Below are positions 28,081-35,981 of a stretch of 64,000 nt of DNA, piece by piece. The DNA is taken from assembly GCA_965224245.1 (NCBI GenBank), contig OZ245046.1, forward strand, positions 3,264,001-3,328,000. The letters are read 5' to 3'. The notes under the pieces are model-generated. The model had not been told where the DNA came from. It saw only the letters and a program-made list of their open reading frames with translations, and ran no database searches. Made by a program: the position numbers and the translations under genes. The DNA is from Candidatus Eiseniibacteriota bacterium (GTDB taxonomy: Bacteria; Eisenbacteria; RBG-16-71-46; CAZAMP01). Each line of letters opens with the position of its first letter. Position 1 is the first letter of the stretch.

Positions 28081-28389
28081 ATGCGGTCCCTCGTGTCCCC
28101 CTTCGCGCGGCTCGGCGCGCGAGGCTGCGCGATCGCCGTGGCGTTCGCGCTCGGCGTCTCGGCCACACAGGTGGCCGTGGCCATCCCAGAAGACCCGTAT
28201 CCGATGGTCACGATCTCGAGCGACTTCATCCCGATGGGCGACGACTGGCAGGAGGACTACATCTCGCACGAGACGACCTCCGACCCGACGGTGTCGTCCA
28301 CCGAACGATCGGCCGACACCGATCCGATCGCGGACGAACGTTCCGTGCTCCAGCTCATGCTCACCACGTTGCGTCTCTTCATCCGATAG
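28081..28389 (+). CDS. Small secreted acidic protein/propeptide 1 (102 aa)
   Basis: Strong SD (AAAGGAGG); Sec signal ending AVA; acidic Ser/Thr/Pro body with EDPY and GDDWQE; hydrophobic C-terminus ending LFIR. Confidence 0.8.
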   Translation: MRSLVSPFARLGARGCAIAVAFALGVSATQVAVAIPEDPYPMVTISSDFIPMGDDWQEDYISHETTSDPTVSSTERSADTDPIADERSVLQLMLTTLRLFIR

Positions 28390-28407
28390 CCAGGGAGCCG
28401 AAACGAC

Positions 28408-30669
28408 ATGTACGATTCATTCGAACATACGCACGTCGATGGCGGCGCCCCGGAGGAGGTCCGACTCGCACTGGCGTACCTGAACGTCGTCGGAAGCGAC
28501 GACACGCCGGCCTCCGATGATGCGACCGAGCACGACGACACGCCGGAGATCGACGAGGACGAGCTGATCCGACGCGCCCGCATCGCGATTCGCTGGCTCC
28601 ATCACCAGGGTCGGGTCGACGAGGCCCGACAGCGGCTCACGGGGCTGATCGCCCGGTGCTGTCCCGACGCGACCCGGTCCTGCCGGCTGGCCGCCACGCT
28701 GCACCGGTTGCTGGGCGTGACATACCGTCTGGATGGACGACCGATGCTGGCCGCCGACGAGCTGATGAAGGCGAAGGTCCTGTACGAGTTCGCGCACGAC
28801 CGCCACGGTGTCGCGATGTCGTTGAACGCGCTGGGAAGCCTCTACGGAAGCCTCTACCAGTGGACGATCGCCGAGGAGTGCTTCACCGCCGCACGCCAGC
28901 TCGGTCGCGAGATCGGCATGGTGTCGATTCAGCGGAAGGCCAGCCGGAACCTCGAGTTCGCCTACCTGCGCCAGGGGCGTCTCGTCGAGGTGAGTGCGCT
29001 CTGGCACGAGAGCCGCGCGCTGCCCCCGATGGACGCCGTCGACGATCCCTACCCGCTGTCTGGAGCGATCACGCTGGCGCGTTTGATGCGGACGCGCGGA
29101 TTCCCCGCCTTCGGGCGCCGGGTGGCCGAGCGCGCGCTCGAGGGGGCCGAGCAGGGCGGGTTTCGACGGACCGAGGCGTACGTGCTTCACGTGGTGGGGC
29201 AGTGCGTACTCGACATGGGGGACGTCGACCGCGCGATCGCGCTGTTCAAGCGCGAGCTCCAGCTCGGGCTCGACATGGCGCCCGTGTCCGACGTCGTCTC
29301 GGAGGCCTACCTGGGCCTGGCCCGCTCGTACGCGGCCCGTGGCGACACGACGCGGACCCGGCGCGCGATCGAGGAAGGGCTCCGCATCTCGGACGAGATC
29401 CAGGACGATCAGACCCGGGTGGGATTGCTCTCCGTCCGCGGCATGCTGGCGTTCAACGACGGTGACGTCGCCGCGGCCGATCGCGACCTCCGCGAGGCCC
29501 GCTCGATCGCCGCGCGGTGTGACTTCCAGCTCGACCTGGCGCTCTGTCTCGAGACCGAGGCGTTCCTGCGGCGCGAGGCCGGCGAGGCACCGCTGGCCGA
29601 CTCCCTGATGGCGGACGCCGCGTACGCCTATCGCCGCATCGGCGCTCCCCGGCTGGCTCGCCAGCTCGAACGAGGCCGACGCGCCCTCTCACGGGGCATC
29701 CCTCATCGCCGCCGCGTCGTCGCGGCCGATGCGCGAGCCGAGCGCTGGGAGGCGTTCGGACTGGTCACCCGGGACAAGACGTTCCTGGACGAGCTGGAGC
29801 GCACCGCCCTCATCGCCGAGACTCCGTTGCCGATCCTGATCTGCGGCGAGAGCGGCGTGGGCAAGGAGCTCGTGGCCGGGGCGATACACGAGCTGAGCGG
29901 CCGCCAGGGCGTCCTCGTCGACATCAACTGCCCGGCCATCCCCGAGACGATGCTCGAGAGCGAGCTGTTCGGTTGCCGGCGCGGGGCGTTCACCGGCGCC
30001 GAGGACCGGCCCGGGCTCGTGTCGTCCGCCGACGGCGGCACGCTGTTCCTGGACGAGATCGGCGACATGCCGCTGGGGCTCCAGTCGAAGCTCCTCAGGT
30101 TCCTCGAGACGTCGCGCTACCGCCGCGTCGGCGGCCGCACGCCGCATTCGGTGAACACCCGGCTGGTGAGTGCGACCAACTCGAACCTCGAGGACCGCGT
30201 CCGTAGCGGCGCCTTCCGGGACGATCTCTTTCACCGGATCGCCGGAGTGGTGGTCACGATCCCCGCACTCAGGGATCGACCGACGGACATCGATGTGTTG
30301 ACCGATCACTTCGTGCAGACCTCGGGCGGGAATCCCGCGGCGCTCTCGGCGTCCGTCCGGAGCGCGCTGCGCGGATACGCGTGGCCGGGCAACGTGCGCG
30401 AGCTGAAGCACGTGATCCAGCAGATGGTGTGGAGTGCGTCCGGTCCGGTGGAAATCGGTCTCGACCTCGTGCCCGAGCGCATCCGAACGCGGGTGTGCTC
30501 GCCCCCCTCCGATCCCCTCGATCATGAGACGCTCACGTCGACCTTGGTCGACACGCGCGGCAGTGTTGCCGAGTCCGCGCGTCGTCTCGGCCTGAGCCGC
30601 CAGCAGATCTACCGCCGGATCGAGGAGATGGGCCTCGATCTATCGGAGCTGCGGGGGGCCGGGTCCTAG
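28408..30669 (+). CDS. TPR + sigma54-interaction AAA+ + Fis-HTH transcriptional activator
   Basis: About 430 aa of helical repeats; [36 protein letters not shown] and [26 protein letters not shown]. Confidence 0.93.
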   Translation: MYDSFEHTHVDGGAPEEVRLALAYLNVVGSDDTPASDDATEHDDTPEIDEDELIRRARIAIRWLHHQGRVDEARQRLTGLIARCCPDATRSCRLAATLHRLLGVTYRLDGRPMLAADELMKAKVLYEFAHDRHGVAMSLNALGSLYGSLYQWTIAEECFTAARQLGREIGMVSIQRKASRNLEFAYLRQGRLVEVSALWHESRALPPMDAVDDPYPLSGAITLARLMRTRGFPAFGRRVAERALEGAEQGGFRRTEAYVLHVVGQCVLDMGDVDRAIALFKRELQLGLDMAPVSDVVSEAYLGLARSYAARGDTTRTRRAIEEGLRISDEIQDDQTRVGLLSVRGMLAFNDGDVAAADRDLREARSIAARCDFQLDLALCLETEAFLRREAGEAPLADSLMADAAYAYRRIGAPRLARQLERGRRALSRGIPHRRRVVAADARAERWEAFGLVTRDKTFLDELERTALIAETPLPILICGESGVGKELVAGAIHELSGRQGVLVDINCPAIPETMLESELFGCRRGAFTGAEDRPGLVSSADGGTLFLDEIGDMPLGLQSKLLRFLETSRYRRVGGRTPHSVNTRLVSATNSNLEDRVRSGAFRDDLFHRIAGVVVTIPALRDRPTDIDVLTDHFVQTSGGNPAALSASVRSALRGYAWPGNVRELKHVIQQMVWSASGPVEIGLDLVPERIRTRVCSPPSDPLDHETLTSTLVDTRGSVAESARRLGLSRQQIYRRIEEMGLDLSELRGAGS

Positions 30670-30890
30670 GGGCTCGGGTCATGCCCGCGGTCGCGGACGT
30701 CGCCCCCGGGCGGCGTCCGCGCCGCGGCATGGTCTCCCCGGATGCACCACGTCTTGACAGCGTTCCGGGCGCCTTCGAGAATCCTCCGCCGCGCCGGCAG
30801 CGGCCGCAGCACCGGCGGCGGCGCCACCCCGGCGTGCGGCTCCCGACGCCGACGCCACCGGAGAGCGCGCGACGCGCGCGAGGAGGAACC

Positions 30891-31433
30891 ATGCGGGACG
30901 CGGTCAACCGCCTCTGGCCCGAGCTGGAATGGATCACCGACGAGAAGCTCCGTGAGCAGGTCGCGCTGACCTGGCAGCGCGCCCTGGAGCGGAGTCCCCT
31001 CACACCCGAGGACCTGGAGCGCATCCCGTTCACACTCCTGGTGCCCGACTGCCCCGCGACCTTCATGGAGCACAAGCGCTGCGTCGTTCACGTGGCCCGC
31101 GACGCGGCGCGGGCCATGGAGACGTTCCTGGGGCGCGCGCTCCCCATCGACCACGACGTCGTGATCGCGGGCGCGATCCTCGCCGACGTCGGAAAGCTGC
31201 TCGAGTACGAGATGGTCGACGGAGAGGCCCGGCAGAGCACGAGAGGTCGCTACGTGCGGCACCCCTTCACCGGGGTCGCGCTGGCCATGGAGTGCGGCGT
31301 GCCGGACGCCGTCTGCCACATCATCGCCGCGCACGCGGCCGAAGGTGATCTCGTCGCGCGCACGACGGAGGCGTACGTCGTCCACCACGCGGACTTCATG
31401 ACGTTCCTGCCGTTCAAGAACCTGAAGCGGTAG
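30891..31433 (+). CDS. HD-domain (HDIG-type) metal-dependent phosphohydrolase
   Basis: FMEH...AGAILADVGKLLEY...RHPFTG...HHAD (the canonical HD reads AD); GAGGAGG SD. Confidence 0.85.
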   Translation: MRDAVNRLWPELEWITDEKLREQVALTWQRALERSPLTPEDLERIPFTLLVPDCPATFMEHKRCVVHVARDAARAMETFLGRALPIDHDVVIAGAILADVGKLLEYEMVDGEARQSTRGRYVRHPFTGVALAMECGVPDAVCHIIAAHAAEGDLVARTTEAYVVHHADFMTFLPFKNLKR

Positions 31434-31520
31434 CGATGTGCCTCCGCCCGACCCGATCGAGCCCGATCAGATGATCGCGCCGACCGGATGTCGCCCCGGT
31501 GAGGCGCGGTGGGCGTGGGC

Positions 31521-31559
31521 ACAACAAAGGAGGCCCGCGCGTCCGCACGCGCGAGCCTC
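31521..31559 (-). terminator. Intrinsic terminator downstream of yceI-like gene
   Basis: Minus strand: GAGGCTCGCGCGT-GCGG-ACGCGCGGGCCTC followed by CTTTGTTGT. Confidence 0.65.
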
Positions 31560-31594
31560 TGCCTCCGGGGTCTCTGCAGATCGTGCACGGGAGG

Positions 31595-32188
31595 CTAAGC
31601 GTCCTGCTTGTGGATCCCTTCGACGGCGATCGTGATCTCCACGTCGTCTCCGACCAGGAAGCCCCCTGCCTCGAGCGCCTTGTTCCAGGTGAGTCCGAAG
31701 TCCCTGCGATCGATCTTGGTCGACGCGGAGAACGCGACCTTCTGGTTGCCCCAGGGATCGACCGCGGCCCCGCTGAACGCCGCGTCCAGCGTGACGGCCT
31801 TCGTGACGCCGGCCATGGTCAGATCGCCGGTCAGCGTGAACTCTCCATCCCCGGTGACGTTGGCCCCGGTCGACTTGAAGGTCAACGTGGGGTGGCTCTC
31901 GACGTCGAAGAACTCTGGCGACCTGAGATGGTCGTCACGCTGGTCGTTGCCGGTCGTGATGCTGGCCACGCTCACCGTGACCTCGGCGGTCGTTTCGCCG
32001 AGCTTCTCCGGGTCCGCCGTGATCGTGCCCGAGAAATCCGTGAACGAGCCCTGCACGTTGCTGATCCCGAGGTGCCGGATCTTGAACGACATGACCGAGT
32101 GAGCCGTGTCGATCTCGTACGTATTGGCCGACACGACCGCCGGAGCCGTCGCCATCGATACCACCAGCGCCAGAATGACGTTCCTCAT
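31595..32188 (-). CDS. YceI family polyisoprenoid-binding protein
   Basis: Signal peptide; IDTAHS, RDDHLRSPEFFD and IDRRDFGL motifs. Confidence 0.95.
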   Translation of the reverse strand: MRNVILALVVSMATAPAVVSANTYEIDTAHSVMSFKIRHLGISNVQGSFTDFSGTITADPEKLGETTAEVTVSVASITTGNDQRDDHLRSPEFFDVESHPTLTFKSTGANVTGDGEFTLTGDLTMAGVTKAVTLDAAFSGAAVDPWGNQKVAFSASTKIDRRDFGLTWNKALEAGGFLVGDDVEITIAVEGIHKQDA

Positions 32189-32241
32189 CGGTTCCTCCCA
32201 CGCGCGCGACGCGGTCACGCCCGCGCGCACGTTTGCGGTGT

Positions 32242-32736
32242 TCAGGATGTTTCGTCCTCTGCCCCCGGCTCGCGCATCGCGAGCCGGATGTCCTCCAGGA
32301 GCGCAATCAGCGTCCTCAGTCGGTCAACCCCGATGCCCCGGAGCTGCTCCTCGTGGAAGGCGAGCAGCGGCCCGTGCAGCCGGTCGACGAGCGCCCGTCC
32401 CTCGGGGGTGATCCTCGCCGTCACGCACCGCCGGTCGTCGGCTCCGCGCTCGCGGCGGATCCAGCCGTGGCTCTCCAGTCGATCCAGGAGCCGCGTGACG
32501 TCGGGGCCGGGGCTCACCAGGCGCTCCCCGATCTCCCGACACGTCAGCCCCGTCCCGCCCGCCCCCCGCAGGATGCGGAGGATGTTGTAGAGGGGCATCG
32601 AGAGGTCGGCGGTCCGGAGGAAGCCCGCCGCCTGATGCGTCAGGAGGCCCGCCGTCCGGACGATGCTCAGGAATGCCTCCTGAGCCACCGACTCGAACGG
32701 CCGCGACTGCTTGAGCTCGTTTCTAAGCGGTGACAT
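32242..32736 (-). CDS. MarR family transcriptional regulator
   Basis: YNILRILRG, DVTRLLDRLE and DDRR...ITPEG winged-helix motifs. Confidence 0.93.
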   Translation of the reverse strand: MSPLRNELKQSRPFESVAQEAFLSIVRTAGLLTHQAAGFLRTADLSMPLYNILRILRGAGGTGLTCREIGERLVSPGPDVTRLLDRLESHGWIRRERGADDRRCVTARITPEGRALVDRLHGPLLAFHEEQLRGIGVDRLRTLIALLEDIRLAMREPGAEDETS

Positions 32737-32742
32737 GCGGAG

Positions 32743-32776
32743 AGATTATCTGTTTAAACAATCTTTGTCAAGACAA
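32743..32776 (-). promoter_or_regulatory. sigma70 promoter of marR-yceI with two overlapping palindromic operators
   Basis: Minus strand TTGACA-17 bp-TAATCT; palindromes TGTTTAAACA (32751-32760) and TTGTC-AA-GACAA (32765-32776). Confidence 0.75.
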
Positions 32777-32843
32777 CTTACGTGAAAACATTCAATGGTC
32801 GCCGAACTTCCTGTCAAGTCACTCAATATCTTTCAGTTACGGG

Positions 32844-34547
32844 TCAGGCGGGCACCCCGCGCGGGAGGTGAACGTCGAAGATCGCGCCGCCGTCCGGGCC
32901 GGAGCGCGCATCGATCCGGCCCCCGTGAGCCCGGACCAGCCCGTCCACCAGCGTCAGCCCCAGACCCAGGCCCTCGACGTTGGCCCGATCGTCGCCGCGC
33001 ACGAACGGCGCAAAGAGGCGCCGCCCCATCCGCACGGGAACGCCGGGCCCGTGGTCGACCACCGAGAGCCGGACGCCGCCCTGGCCGGCCGCCTCGGGCT
33101 CGACCACGACGTGGATCCGCCGGTCGCGAGAGCCCCGGGCGTACTTCTCCGCGTTGTCGAGGAGGTTCTGGAGGATGTGGAGGACCGCGTCGGCGTCGAA
33201 CGCGACCTCGGGGAGGTCCTCGGCGATCCGGACGTCCAGCGTGGCCCCGCGCGCCTCCAGCGCGGGCCGGACCCGCTCGACGTGCTCGGCCACCGCGGCG
33301 CCGAAGTCGCCGTCGGCCGCGGAGATGTCGAGCCCACCCCGCTCCAGGCGCGTGTACCCGAGCACGTTGGACACGACACGCCCGAGGCGCTCGGCCTCGG
33401 ATCGGATCTTCCCGGCATACTCCTCGGCTCGCCCCGGCTTGCCCAACCCGTCGGCCAGCATGTCCGCGTAGAGACGCATGCCCGCCAGCGGCGTCCGGAG
33501 CTCGTGGGCCGCCGAGGCGGCGAACTGCGCGCGCTCACGTCCGAGACGATCGGTCTGGAGCACGAGCCCCACCAGAATCGCGCCGGCCAGGAGCGCCGCC
33601 GCCGCGACGGCGGCGAAGGTCCGCCGGAAGCGCGTGACGAGCGCCCGGGCTTCCAGATCGGACGCCTGGAAGGCCTGGGCGGCATCGAGGGCCACGTGCC
33701 ACGACGCCCCGGCCAGCTCGAGCGGGGCACCGACCACCGTGTTCCCGGTGGGACGGGTCGCCACCAGATCGGCCGGGTAGTACACGTCCGAGAGGGACGC
33801 CCGCAGCTCCGCGACGTCGACGAGGAACCCCTGCACGACGTTCGACCCTCCCAGCTGCACGAACCGGACCGCGACCAGGGCATCGGCACCGTTCAGCGTC
33901 ACCGTCTGCCACTGGATGGGACACAGCGACACGAAGTCCTCCGTCGCCAGCGACATCGCGAGGTCGGGGGGGAGTCCGTCGGCCGGGTCGTCGAGTGAAC
34001 CGTCCTCGGGCGCCACGATCGGCTCGGACCACGACGCAACCCGCGTGCCGGACGTGCTCTCGCACAGCTCGACCAGGGAGGGACGGACGTTTGCGAGCGC
34101 GGCCGAGAGCCGCTCCTCGGCGGCCAGCCAGTCGATGGGCCCCACGTGATGCTGGAGGCTCCGTCCGTAGGAGAGCCGCGGCATCGAGACCCGGCCCGCG
34201 CCGTCGAACTGGAAGTAGGCGCGGATGAACGGGTCGGTCGGCCTCTGCGACAGCGGTGACGTGGTCGACGAGTGGCACGCGCAGTCGCTGGCCGGGTCGT
34301 GAAACGTCAGCGCGTAGTGGTACACCGGACGCGTCGCCTCGGCCTGGCGGATGGTCTCCAGCCGGCCTCCGATCCGCTCGGCCTCTCCCTCCGCCACCCG
34401 CTGCGCCTGGACCAGGCTCAGGCTCCGGATGCGATCGGTCTCGCGGGAGACGGCCGCGTTGCCGACCACGTACCAGGCCCCGAGCGGGGCGGCGATCGCC
34501 GTGAACGTGAGCGCCGATGCGAGCATGATCCGTTTCGAGAATGCCAT
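32844..34547 (-). CDS. Sensor histidine kinase
   Basis: Two TM segments; AHELRTPL (H-box), NLLDNAEKY, DHGPG and GLGLGL. Confidence 0.95.
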   Translation of the reverse strand: MAFSKRIMLASALTFTAIAAPLGAWYVVGNAAVSRETDRIRSLSLVQAQRVAEGEAERIGGRLETIRQAEATRPVYHYALTFHDPASDCACHSSTTSPLSQRPTDPFIRAYFQFDGAGRVSMPRLSYGRSLQHHVGPIDWLAAEERLSAALANVRPSLVELCESTSGTRVASWSEPIVAPEDGSLDDPADGLPPDLAMSLATEDFVSLCPIQWQTVTLNGADALVAVRFVQLGGSNVVQGFLVDVAELRASLSDVYYPADLVATRPTGNTVVGAPLELAGASWHVALDAAQAFQASDLEARALVTRFRRTFAAVAAAALLAGAILVGLVLQTDRLGRERAQFAASAAHELRTPLAGMRLYADMLADGLGKPGRAEEYAGKIRSEAERLGRVVSNVLGYTRLERGGLDISAADGDFGAAVAEHVERVRPALEARGATLDVRIAEDLPEVAFDADAVLHILQNLLDNAEKYARGSRDRRIHVVVEPEAAGQGGVRLSVVDHGPGVPVRMGRRLFAPFVRGDDRANVEGLGLGLTLVDGLVRAHGGRIDARSGPDGGAIFDVHLPRGVPA

Positions 34548-34550
34548 CGG

Positions 34551-35228
34551 CTAGGGCTCTCCCCAGGCGTACCCGACGCCCTTGACCGTCACGATCAGGC
34601 TCGGCGCCTTCGGATCCGGCTCCACCTTCTGCCGCAGGTTCGCGATCGTCATGTCGACCGTGCGCGTGTTGAGATTGCCGGGCGCGTTCCAGACCTTCTC
34701 GAGCAGCTCCGAGCGTGGGACCGCCCGCTTCCGGTTCGTGTGGAGCAGTCGGATGATCGACACCTCGCGGGGCGTGAGTTCGGTGACGCTCCCCGACCGG
34801 GACACCTCGCAGCGCCCCAGATCGATCGACCCGTCCGGGATCATCACGACCTCGGACTCGGCCGGGGCCCGGTTGCGCCGCGAGAACGCCTCCACGCGGG
34901 CCAATAGCTCCCTCGCGCCGAATGGCTTGGTCACGTAGTCGTCCGCGCCCACCCCGAGCCCGACCACCTTGTCGTCCTCGTCCCCACGTGCGGTCAGGAT
35001 CAGGATGAACAGGTCCGGCCGCTCGTCTCGCAGGCGCCGGCACACCTCGAGACCGTCCGTGCCCGGAAGCATCAAGTCCAGGAGCACCAGGTCGACGGAT
35101 CGATTCCGGCCTGCGAGGAGGGCCGCGTCTCCGTCCAGCGCGGACGTCACGGTGTGGCCGTCGCCCTCGAGGAGATCGACGAGCGCCGCGTTCAGCGCCG
35201 GCTCGTCCTCGACCACCAGAACGTGCAT
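34551..35228 (-). CDS. OmpR/PhoB family response regulator
   Basis: VVEDE, LLDLMLP, GADDYVTKPF, RTVD and TVKGVGY. Confidence 0.96.
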   Translation of the reverse strand: MHVLVVEDEPALNAALVDLLEGDGHTVTSALDGDAALLAGRNRSVDLVLLDLMLPGTDGLEVCRRLRDERPDLFILILTARGDEDDKVVGLGVGADDYVTKPFGARELLARVEAFSRRNRAPAESEVVMIPDGSIDLGRCEVSRSGSVTELTPREVSIIRLLHTNRKRAVPRSELLEKVWNAPGNLNTRTVDMTIANLRQKVEPDPKAPSLIVTVKGVGYAWGEP

Positions 35229-35619
35229 GACGGGACTCCTGCGGGATCGGGCCGGCCGGCTGCGCCTGCACGCGGCGTGACCGACCTCGGCGAACACATC
35301 TCTGCCGACACTATGTCACGAGCGTGGAGGCGGCGCGGTCAATTGCGCGTAAAAGCCCTCGCCGCTTGCCGCCACCCTCCGGCGGCGGCTATGTTCTCGG
35401 CGCCCGACACAGGACGGCCCTACACGGATGAACGGCCACGCCATGGGACGACGTTCGCGCGCCCGCCAACTCCTGCTCCGGCACGCCACGGCGAGCGACG
35501 GCACATCCGCCCCCCGTCCGCCCCCTCATTCGCTCTGCATCCCACGCCGCGCATCCGGGCCTTGCCGGCCCCCATCCAGACGACGCGATATCGACCCAAA
35601 CGATGATCGGAGATCCCCG

Positions 35620-35907
35620 ATGACGATCCTCACCCGCCTCGCCCGCACGGCCGTAACCCTCGCCCTGTCGGCCACGGTCTTCTCGATGACGCTGGCGCCA
35701 TCCGCGCAGGCGGACGTCACCTCCGACGGAGACCCGTGGGAGAACGAGCGACTCGGCGAGCCGGCCGACCCCCCGACCGACACCACGCTGACCGCGAGCG
35801 CGGGGACGACGAGCGACCTCGACGACGCCGGAGATCCCTGGGAGAACGAGCGACTCGCCGGAACGCTCATGGAGAGCACGGCCTGGTTGACTCTCGCGAT
35901 ACGCTGA
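35620..35907 (+). CDS. Small secreted acidic propeptide 2 (95 aa) with two GDPWENERL repeats
   Basis: GGAG SD; signal ending AQA; repeats at 35728-35754 and 35830-35856; hydrophobic C-terminus ending LAIR. Confidence 0.82.
   Translation: MTILTRLARTAVTLALSATVFSMTLAPSAQADVTSDGDPWENERLGEPADPPTDTTLTASAGTTSDLDDAGDPWENERLAGTLMESTAWLTLAIR
35728..35856 (+). repeat. Direct repeat of 27 bp encoding GDPWENERL (35728-35754, 35830-35856)
   Basis: The copies differ only at GAC CCG vs GAT CCC (synonymous). Confidence 0.95.
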
Positions 35908-35981
35908 TCCGAGGCCGGGGTCGCCGCGCCGTGCGGCGACTCCATCATCCCGTCCGCGCCGAGAAGCCGTGCCGGTCGATG

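Noticed and set aside
34270-34290. DCACH in the kinase sensor domain as a heme-c site
   Set aside because: The motif is CxCH, not CxxCH.
35728-35856. 27-bp direct repeat pair as a mini-CRISPR
   Set aside because: Only two copies, 75-bp spacing, in frame within an ORF with synonymous differences, and no cas genes.
35620-35907. Repeat-containing peptide as a RiPP precursor
   Set aside because: No radical SAM, YcaO, lanthipeptide, ATP-grasp or RRE gene is nearby, and it has a Sec-type signal. A signalling role fits better, though a distant modifying enzyme cannot be excluded.
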